64,000 bases of DNA from NCBI GenBank assembly GCA_003233455.1, contig QILQ01000012.1, positions 4,441-68,440 of the forward strand. The letters run 5' to 3'. Under the pieces are notes generated by a model. That model did no database searches. It saw nothing but the letters and a program-made list of their open reading frames with translations, and had not been told where the DNA came from. Shown piece by piece: positions 41,183 through 48,710 of the stretch. How positions within the stretch are numbered: the stretch's first letter is position 1; the number at the start of each line of letters is the position of its first letter. Position numbers and translations under genes: made by a program. This stretch comes from Candidatus Zambryskiibacteriota bacterium. GTDB taxonomy: Bacteria; Patescibacteriota; Minisyncoccia; Phycocordibacterales; WO2-35-19.

Positions 41183-41704
41183 CTAAACCAATATATCTGT
41201 GGATAAGGAAATGGCGGCACAAGTAAGGGCTGTGGCGATAGCGTCATATTCATCATCACGTCTTTTTTTTCCATTAGTTGATGGATTAATTTTAATCAAT
41301 TTTTCCACCATACTGATAACTTGTTTTTTGTCACTTTTCCCATAACCCGTTACCGCCAGTTTTATTTGATTGGGATTATATTCACAAATTAAAAGACTGC
41401 TTCTGGCTCCTTCAAGCAATATTACTCCACGAGCTTCCGCCACTTGGAGAGCGGTTTTTTTATTTTTACTCCAAAGTAGAGTTTCAATTGCCATTTTATT
41501 TGGATGATATTTTTTAATTATTTTTTTAATTTTCTCTCCTACAAGCAGTAATCTTTCGTGGTGGGGAAGTTTACCATCTGTTTCAAAACATTCTGAATAA
41601 ATCAATTTCTCTCCTTTATTAGTTTTTTCAACTATAGCTATTCCGATTCTACCGTAGCCTGGGTCAATACCTAATATTATATTTTTATTTTTTATTGGAG
41701 TCAT
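41183..41704 (-). CDS. ruvC: Holliday junction resolvase RuvC
   Basis: ILGIDPG, AIE, EARGV and DDEYDAIATA. Confidence 0.95.
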   Translation of the reverse strand: MTPIKNKNIILGIDPGYGRIGIAIVEKTNKGEKLIYSECFETDGKLPHHERLLLVGEKIKKIIKKYHPNKMAIETLLWSKNKKTALQVAEARGVILLEGARSSLLICEYNPNQIKLAVTGYGKSDKKQVISMVEKLIKINPSTNGKKRRDDEYDAIATALTCAAISLSTDILV

Positions 41705-41746
41705 ATTTTTATTAAGGCACTTCAAAAGTATATTCTCAACGAAAAA

Positions 41747-42283
41747 TTACTCTGCATTTGTGAAAACTTCTTGAACTTCATCATTTTCTTCAAGTTCTTC
41801 TATTAAAATTTGCAATTTAGCGTTATCTGTTTCTGATATTGGTATCGTATTTTTGGGTGTCCAAATGTTGGCATCTATTTTTTTTTCAAAAGCCCAAGTA
41901 GCTGAACCAGGGACAGCTAACTCAAAACCATTTTTTGAAAGTATGTGTCTTATTTCTTGAGCAGCTCTATTTTTACTTTCGGTTAAAGCCTCAATAATCA
42001 AAGCGGAGCCACCTGGTCCGTAAGCTTCGTATGTTATTTGTTCCATTTCTCCAACCTCGGTTTCCACGCCTTTCTTTACCGCTCTTTCAATATTGTTGTT
42101 CGGCACATTTTCTGTTTTCGCTTTTTCTATAGCGGCTCTCAATCTGGGAGCATTAACATCGCCCCCAACTTTTTTAGACTCTATTGCGATAAGACGAACT
42201 AACTTGCCAAAAACTTTGCTTTTTTGAGCGTCGGTAACCGCTTTTTTATTTTTTATTTTTGACCATTTATTATGTCCTGACAT
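41747..42283 (-). CDS. YebC/PmpR-family protein (short form)
   Basis: MSGHNKWSKIK...YEAYGPGG...VQEVFTN. Confidence 0.93.
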   Translation of the reverse strand: MSGHNKWSKIKNKKAVTDAQKSKVFGKLVRLIAIESKKVGGDVNAPRLRAAIEKAKTENVPNNNIERAVKKGVETEVGEMEQITYEAYGPGGSALIIEALTESKNRAAQEIRHILSKNGFELAVPGSATWAFEKKIDANIWTPKNTIPISETDNAKLQILIEELEENDEVQEVFTNAE

Positions 42284-42350
42284 AATTTAAATCATAACAA
42301 AATTGTGATAATTTTTCTAACATCCCTAATCCTTTTAATCCTCTAAAAAA

Positions 42351-42470
42351 TAACCTCCCTAACTCTCCTTACTTTAAGGAGGGAACCGCGCAATAAACTC
42401 TGTTAAACAACTGAATAATAAATATGAGTCACCCTCTCCTTAAGGTAAGGAGAGGGCTGGGGAGAGGTTA
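42351..42470. repeat. inverted doublet of CCTCTCC...GGAGAGG REP-like palindromes
   Basis: Two opposed copies at about 42351-42383 and 42432-42470. Confidence 0.75.
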
Positions 42471-42487
42471 GATAATGCAGTTATAAT

Positions 42488-43537
42488 TTAAAGTAACTTC
42501 TCTTGTTTTTCTTTTGGAAAATCTATATCCAAATGTTTGTAGGCACGTTTTGTGAGCACCCTTCCTTTTGGTGTACGCTCTAAGAAACCAATTTGGAGCA
42601 AATAAGGTTCATTAAATTCTTCAATAGTTGACTCTTCTTCCGAAAGGGAAGCGGCTAAAGTATTAAGACCAACTGGTCCGCCTCTAAATTTATCAGCAAT
42701 AGTTTTGAGTAGGGCAATATCGGAAAAATTAAGTCCCGCTTTATCTATGCCTAAAAGATTAAAAGCTTCTCGGGCTATATTTTGGTCAATATCTTTTTTT
42801 TGGATTTGGGCATAATCTCTAGCTCTTTTTAAAAGATAATTAGCAGTGCGAGGAGTAAACCTGCTTCTTTCTCCTATGTCCTTTGCCGCCATTTTATCTA
42901 AAGAAACTCCCAAAATATTCGCCGAACGTTTGATTATTTGTATAATTTCATTCGGATTATAAAATTCAAGACGAAAGACGCCACCGGAAAACCTGCTTCG
43001 CAGAGGCGAAGAAAGCATAGCTACCCGAGTAGTGGCTCCTATCAGAGTAAAAGCGGGCAATTCAAGCTGAATAGTTCTGGCACTTGGTCCTTTGCCTATA
43101 ATAATATCTAACAACCCCGACTCCATCGCCGGATAAAGCACTTCCTCAATAGATTTATTTAATCGGTGAATTTCATCTATAAAAAGAATATCTCCTGGAG
43201 AAAGGTTGGTGAGTATAGAAGCCAAGTCTCCTATTTTTTCAATAGCTGGTCCGGAAGTTGAACGCATCTGACTGCTTGTTTCTTTGGCTATAAGATGGGC
43301 TAAAGTAGTTTTGCCAAGACCTGGGGGACCGTAAAATAAGAGGTGTTCCGGCGGATGTCCTCTTTCTCGGGCGGCGTCTAAGAGAATTCTAAGATTTTTT
43401 TTTATATTTTCTTGTCCGATATACTCATCCCATTTAGAAGGTCTTAAGGTTTGGTCTAAAAAATCAAGATTTTCACCTGATACACTATTATGATGAGCGG
43501 GTTTGTTTCCTTTGTTTTTCTTGCTATTTATTGACAT
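42488..43537 (-). CDS. ruvB: Holliday junction branch migration helicase RuvB
   Basis: GPPGLGKTT, FIDEIHRL, LIGATTR and EPYL..GFLERTPKGR. Confidence 0.97.
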   Translation of the reverse strand: MSINSKKNKGNKPAHHNSVSGENLDFLDQTLRPSKWDEYIGQENIKKNLRILLDAARERGHPPEHLLFYGPPGLGKTTLAHLIAKETSSQMRSTSGPAIEKIGDLASILTNLSPGDILFIDEIHRLNKSIEEVLYPAMESGLLDIIIGKGPSARTIQLELPAFTLIGATTRVAMLSSPLRSRFSGGVFRLEFYNPNEIIQIIKRSANILGVSLDKMAAKDIGERSRFTPRTANYLLKRARDYAQIQKKDIDQNIAREAFNLLGIDKAGLNFSDIALLKTIADKFRGGPVGLNTLAASLSEEESTIEEFNEPYLLQIGFLERTPKGRVLTKRAYKHLDIDFPKEKQEKLL

Positions 43538-43620
43538 ATTTTATCATATATGATATACTCTTTTTGAATTTGAAATGATTGTAGTTTGAATAGAATGTTT
43601 TAATTTGCCTACACACTGGA

Positions 43621-43777
43621 GATACAAATCTCTAAGCGACACCTCGCTTTGGCGCGGTTAGACATTAAATCAAGGAAGAGCTGGTATCGTCTTTCGGGAA
43701 GAACCACTAGCTCTTTCCTCAGAATAATGTTTTGCTTTTTATTTAAATATAGAAAGTGTCGCTTAGAGATTTGTATC
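43621..43777. mobile_element. MITE-like 157-bp element
   Basis: Perfect 22-bp inverted repeat GATACAAATCTCTAAGCGACAC; internal hairpin; no TSD seen. Confidence 0.55.
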
Positions 43778-43946
43778 CCTAATTTCATTATTCACAAAAC
43801 TCTTGCTTCGGCAATTTATTTTGTGTATAACTTTTTAGGAAAAGTTCTTTGAAACGTTAATTGTGTTTCGCTACAGCAGAAAGAATCTTAAAGTAGGATT
43901 TTTCCTGCTGTGGCTAAGTGCAAATAAAGCCAAAACCAAACAGCAT

Positions 43947-44573
43947 ATGGAACATGTTTCCAGGAAGATTAAAAGCATGTCTTTTAAATCAGATTTTTCG
44001 TTTGACCAAATTTCTCAGCTTGTGTTTTCCTTGAGGAAAAACGGTTGGGATAAAAAAGATGTCACTAATTTGGGTCAGTGTGGAAAAGGGGGGTCGGCCA
44101 GCATTCGCGATTTTCTTGACGGACAAGCCGAGATTATTCTGATTGAGAAAAAAAATGATCTTGTTCTTTGTGCTGGTGTCGATGGCACCAGTACAGCAAA
44201 AAAAGCACTGAACAACCTTGGTTCTTTGGAGAAATACCTTGATTATGACGTTGTCGCCACCATGTTTCATGGTGGGGATGATGAGGTAAAAGTTCATTTC
44301 TTCAAAGTTGGTCGCAGCATCAGCGACAACGATTTGGAGGAAGAGTATAGATTAAATGGGCTCAAGCCTATTGATCCGTATTCGCTAATTGCCGTCAACA
44401 GAATCTACCCAGCTTTTTCCAAGGAGTATCCTAACGGTACCCATTGGAGAGATTCCAGTGGTATGTGGTGCCACTGTGCCTTCTGTAGCTGGTACAATCA
44501 CCACAGTGTTGTTGTTAACCACAACAACAGCTGGTGGGGTAGTAGTCCTTTTTGGTATGCTGGCTTTCGGTAG
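43947..44573 (+). CDS. hypothetical protein with DGR-target-like (C-lectin-like) C-terminus
   Basis: GC-richer ORF ending VVVNHNNSWWGSSPFWYAGFR; start uncertain. Confidence 0.5.
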   Translation: MEHVSRKIKSMSFKSDFSFDQISQLVFSLRKNGWDKKDVTNLGQCGKGGSASIRDFLDGQAEIILIEKKNDLVLCAGVDGTSTAKKALNNLGSLEKYLDYDVVATMFHGGDDEVKVHFFKVGRSISDNDLEEEYRLNGLKPIDPYSLIAVNRIYPAFSKEYPNGTHWRDSSGMWCHCAFCSWYNHHSVVVNHNNSWWGSSPFWYAGFR

Positions 44574-44635
44574 AGCTGAATCGATTCCCTGAAAATTCGA
44601 AAGGATAAGTAGGGGGATCTGTTTTTTTATTAATT

Positions 44636-46315
44636 TTACTCCTCCAAATCAATTACTCTACCTAATTCATCAATAGAAGTAATGCCTCGCAGGATTTTAA
44701 TGACACCATCTTGCTTCATATTTAAAATATTCTGACTCTCGGCTGCTTTATTTACTTCTCTTTCACTCGGATTTTTATTGACAACTTCTTCTATTTTTTC
44801 ATCTGTTAGTATCGCTTCAAAAATGCCGGTCCTACCTTTAAATCCGGTGAAATTACATTCAGCGCAACCAACAGTTTCAAATATATTTGTAGTATCTAAA
44901 TCTTTTAAATAATTTTTATCTGAAATACTATCTGTGATTTTTTTTATTATTTTATTTTCTTTTTCCCTTAAAACAGCTTTCTTTTTGCATTTATTGCAGA
45001 GCTTTCTTATCAATCTTTGAGCCATAGCTATATTGATAGCTGAAGTAATAACTTTTGAATTTACTCCCAAATCAATCAAACGGGGGAAAGTGCCGGCAGC
45101 GTTGTTGGTATGAAGAGTGGAAAAAACAAGGTGCCCAGTTAAAGCGGCATTAACCGCAATTTCGGCTGTTTCTTCATCGCGAATTTCGCCAACCATAATA
45201 ACATCTGGGTCTTGACGCAACGAACTTCTCAAACCTTCAAGAAAGGTATAGCCTTTTTCTTCTTCCACCTGAGTTTGAACTACGCCTTTTAAATGATATT
45301 CAATCGGGTTTTCTATGGTGATCATTTTTATGCCCGGAGTCTGGATTTTTTTTAAGAAAGCATAAAGAGTGGTAGTCTTGCCACTGCCAGTCGGACCGGT
45401 ATTTAAAACCATCCCGTTTGGTTTTTTAAGTTCATTAGCGATTATATTTAATAGTTTCTTATTTATACCAAGATTTTCCAGAGATACTGAAATAGCGTTT
45501 GGATTTAAAACTCTTAAAACTATTGATTCTCCGTAACCACCAGGCAAAAGGGAGGTTCGGATTTCAATTTCCATATCGCCAAGTTTTATACTAAATCTAC
45601 CATCTTGAGCCTTTTCTTTAATATTTAATTTAAGATTTGAAATAAGTTTGATGCGAGAGAGAAGTAATTCATAAGTAGTATGATCAAGCTCTAGTATGTC
45701 ATTTAAAACTCCGTCCAGTCTATATCTAAGTTTGGCTAATTTTTCTTCCGGTTCAATATGAATATCAGAAGCATTTATAGAAATAGCTCCGGCTAATATT
45801 ATTTCCAGTATTTTTGATATACGATAACTTTTTTTTTGGTTTAAAACTATTTCAATTGATTTTTTTACATCATTAGCACTTTTAACCGATTTTACTAAAT
45901 CTTGAATCTCTTCATTGGCGATATCTAAAGATCCTCCCTTCGTTTCCATTGAATAGGAAAGGTCCTTGTAACGGTTCCAAACTTTTTCTAAACTTTGTTT
46001 GGATGCCATAAATAAAAAAGGAACATATCCTCTATCTTTTAAATCTTCAATCAGGGCGATAGTTTTATTATTATTTGGAGAGATGATGGCTATTGAAACT
46101 TTCTTATTGATAATATTAAAAGGAGCTACTTCTATCTCTCTGGCTTCTTTCTCTTTTATTATACGCAGAGCGTCAATATTGACGGGACTGATTGAAAGAT
46201 CAATATAAGGCAACCTATATTTTTGGGACATCATTTGAGCCAAACCCTCTTCTTCTTGTTCTCTTAGTTCTTTGAGTTTTATTTTTTGTTTATCTTCGTT
46301 GAATTTGATTGACAT
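44636..46315 (-). CDS. pilB: type IV pilus assembly ATPase PilB/GspE
   Basis: ASDIHIEP, QDGRF, TGPTGSGKTTTLY, LRQDPDVIMVGEIRD and STLHTN. Confidence 0.92.
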   Translation of the reverse strand: MSIKFNEDKQKIKLKELREQEEEGLAQMMSQKYRLPYIDLSISPVNIDALRIIKEKEAREIEVAPFNIINKKVSIAIISPNNNKTIALIEDLKDRGYVPFLFMASKQSLEKVWNRYKDLSYSMETKGGSLDIANEEIQDLVKSVKSANDVKKSIEIVLNQKKSYRISKILEIILAGAISINASDIHIEPEEKLAKLRYRLDGVLNDILELDHTTYELLLSRIKLISNLKLNIKEKAQDGRFSIKLGDMEIEIRTSLLPGGYGESIVLRVLNPNAISVSLENLGINKKLLNIIANELKKPNGMVLNTGPTGSGKTTTLYAFLKKIQTPGIKMITIENPIEYHLKGVVQTQVEEEKGYTFLEGLRSSLRQDPDVIMVGEIRDEETAEIAVNAALTGHLVFSTLHTNNAAGTFPRLIDLGVNSKVITSAINIAMAQRLIRKLCNKCKKKAVLREKENKIIKKITDSISDKNYLKDLDTTNIFETVGCAECNFTGFKGRTGIFEAILTDEKIEEVVNKNPSEREVNKAAESQNILNMKQDGVIKILRGITSIDELGRVIDLEE

Positions 46316-46363
46316 ATATAAATTATAACATACAAAAAAATAACTCACCTTTTTTTATTTCAA

Positions 46364-46469
46364 ACCTCACCCCTCACTCCGTGTAGCCCTCTCCTTAATA
46401 AGGAGAGAGGGGAGAAACCAAAGGGAACCCTTAAAGAATTAAAGAAATGCCCCAAAAGGTCCCCCTTGG
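46364..46469. repeat. REP-like cluster (CCTCTCC/GGAGAG unit plus AAGG-N-CCTT doublet)
   Basis: Matches the 23673 copy; adjacent CCAAAGGGAACCCTT...AAGGTCCCCCTTGG. Confidence 0.7.
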
Positions 46470-46542
46470 TTTTGTGTAGTATGAAAGCTTGACTTTTGGT
46501 TTTGACTTTGTTATAATTCAAATAGAAAGAGAGAGGTGTATT

Positions 46543-47430
46543 ATGAAAACCATTTTCTTGTGTGTTTTTTTGGCCACCATGCTCACCTTTACGATGAGTG
46601 GGTACGGTAGTAATCAGATTACGACGGGTGCTAAAAAGGCTGCCACCGTGGCAACCAAACAGGCGAAAAATGCTCAAAAGGTTGCCTCATCGGCAACCAA
46701 AAGAGCAGCCAAAAAGGTTGCAGAAGCCCGAAGGGCTGCGGTGAATGTCGCAGAAAAACCCAACAGCAAGAAGGCAAAAAAGAGGGCCTCCATTGCCATA
46801 GAGGTTGCGAAGGTAACACTCGAGCAGGCGAAAAATGCTCAAAAGGTTGCCGAGCAAGCTGCTGAACAGGCAAGGCTTGCCAGAGAAGCAGTTGCTGAAT
46901 TCAAGAGAACCGAGTCCCGTGCTCGATGGGAGGCTCAGCAACAGAGATGGAAGAGAAATCTCAATCTCTCATGTCCCGCCGGTGGGTGGGAGAACGTTGT
47001 CATTGAGCCGGAACTCGGAAGGGACTCCTTTCGAGTCAGTGGCAACAGGGTTGCTAGATTTTTGCTGGCTCGGTATATGGGGCTTGTAACAGCCTTCAAT
47101 CCATACCCAGATGTCGTTAATATTGACGAGGGTAGTCGAGCCCTCGTTCGCGACATGTGTCCCAAAGGGAAGATATCCCTGGTGGCCACCTTGGGGTGGG
47201 ACGCTGGGATTCTTGGTGGAGATGATTATGAGGAAGAGGAATTCCTTTGGACTGTTAGCTTGTACAAGAATGGGCACTTGTACAAGGGAAAAAGTCCGCG
47301 TCTACTCCTGTATGTATATCAATGGGTCAAGGAAAAAAAGCCTGCCCCATGGACAATGGAAGTGGACGACATTGATCGTCCTCTCCCCAAACATCTCCCG
47401 GAGCATAGGGAGGGGGGGCAGTGGAGATGA
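46543..47430 (+). CDS. secreted hypothetical protein with Ala/Lys-rich coiled coil
   Basis: Signal peptide; QAKNAQKVA repeated twice; GC-richer; GAGGTG SD-like site; long downstream hairpin with T run. Confidence 0.7.
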   Translation: MKTIFLCVFLATMLTFTMSGYGSNQITTGAKKAATVATKQAKNAQKVASSATKRAAKKVAEARRAAVNVAEKPNSKKAKKRASIAIEVAKVTLEQAKNAQKVAEQAAEQARLAREAVAEFKRTESRARWEAQQQRWKRNLNLSCPAGGWENVVIEPELGRDSFRVSGNRVARFLLARYMGLVTAFNPYPDVVNIDEGSRALVRDMCPKGKISLVATLGWDAGILGGDDYEEEEFLWTVSLYKNGHLYKGKSPRLLLYVYQWVKEKKPAPWTMEVDDIDRPLPKHLPEHREGGQWR

Positions 47431-47549
47431 GCAGCAATTTCTGTTCCGCTGGAGACTGTTCGCACAAAGTGTGCGACAGCCTCCGACGGGACTTTTTTTA
47501 TTTTAATTTTGTTTACAGTTAGTCCTTTAAATTTGTTAAAAGATTTGTA

Positions 47550-47575
47550 TTTTGTAGCGATTAATCGCTACAAAA
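47550..47575. repeat. perfect 26-bp palindrome (GTAG-type REP-like)
   Basis: TTTTGTAGCGATTAATCGCTACAAAA. Confidence 0.75.
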
Positions 47576-47630
47576 CAAAGTATATAAATTATTTCAAAAA
47601 TATTTTTTAGCTATGCTACAATATTGAAAT

Positions 47631-48125
47631 ATGAAAGAATTTTTATCTAAAAATGTAGAAGAAACAGCCAAAATTGCTACTGATTTTGGAAAGCAATTAA
47701 ATAGAATAAACAGAAAGGCACCTTCCGCAAAAGCTACTGTTGTGGGGTTGTATGGAGAATTGGGAAGTGGTAAGACTGCTTTTATGAAATATTTAGCGAA
47801 TTTTTTTGGTATTAAAGAAACTATCCAAAGTCCAACTTATGTAATTATGAAAACTTATAAAACCTCACCCCCCAGCCCCCTCTCCTTAACAAGGAGAGGG
47901 GGAGAAGAAAACTCCCGTTCTCTTGGGAGTGAGGTGTTCCAACATTTAATTCATATTGACGCTTATCGGATAGAAAAAGAAGATGAGATGATAAATTTAG
48001 GTTGGCAAGAAATTATATCTGACCCTAAAAATTTAATTTGTATAGAATGGCCGGAAAATATCTCAGGTATAATGCCTGAGCATACTATGATAAAATTTAA
48101 ACAAAAAATGACGAAAGAAAAATAG
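47631..48125 (+). CDS. tsaE: tRNA threonylcarbamoyladenosine biosynthesis ATPase TsaE
   Basis: GELGSGKT, QSPTY, HIDAYR and IEWP; carries a REP insert. Confidence 0.93.
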   Translation: MKEFLSKNVEETAKIATDFGKQLNRINRKAPSAKATVVGLYGELGSGKTAFMKYLANFFGIKETIQSPTYVIMKTYKTSPPSPLSLTRRGGEENSRSLGSEVFQHLIHIDAYRIEKEDEMINLGWQEIISDPKNLICIEWPENISGIMPEHTMIKFKQKMTKEK

Positions 48126-48259
48126 TTGTAAAAATAAAAGAATAAATTGGTATTATTAATATAATAAGTTGGTCTAATTATTTTAAAAATGATGGAAAAG
48201 ATGTTGGAGAGCTAGTTAAAGAAGAATTTCAAAAGATAAAAGAAAAGAAAAATTGAATT

Positions 48260-48658
48260 ATGAAAGACGAGAATAATTATGCTTTTATAGATAGTCAGAA
48301 TTTAAACTTAAGTATTAGAGAACTTGATTGGATTTTGGATTTCGCTCGTTTTAGAGTTTATCTGAAAGAAAAATATATAGTAAACAAAGCCTTTCTTTTT
48401 ATAGGTTTTGTTGAATCAAATAAAAAACTTTATAATTTTTTATCTCGAGCTGGATATGTTTGTATTTTTAAACCAACTCTAAAATATAAAAATGGAGAAA
48501 CAAAAGGAAATTGTGACGCAGAATTAATACCCAATAAACTTAAATTTTCTGCTTTGTTAAAATTTCGACAATTACGATCTTTTTTACGTTATATGAATGA
48601 CTTAAGGCAAAAATTGGAGTATAAAAAGAAAAGACCCTATAAGGACAAAACCTTATAG
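48260..48658 (+). pseudogene. NYN-domain protein with in-frame deletion of the GDGD catalytic segment
   Basis: YAFIDSQNL...KGNCDAEL is joined to IPNK; lacks the segment present in the paralog at 37038. Confidence 0.75.
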
Positions 48659-48684
48659 GGTAATCTTTTCCGTTGGTGATACGA
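48622..48684 (-). ncRNA. candidate NYN-associated small RNA, copy 2
   Basis: Minus-strand TTGACA-16-(TG)TATTGT promoter (48717-48690), hairpin TCGT-ATCACCA-ACGG, 11-bp stem ACCCTATAAGG/CCTTATAGGGT and T-rich tail. Confidence 0.6.
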
Positions 48685-48710
48685 TTACAACAATATCAAA
48701 GTAAAAAATT

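Noticed and set aside
46360-47506. Many overlapping alternative-frame ORFs
   Set aside because: Shadows of the GC-richer gene 46543-47430 and the REP units.
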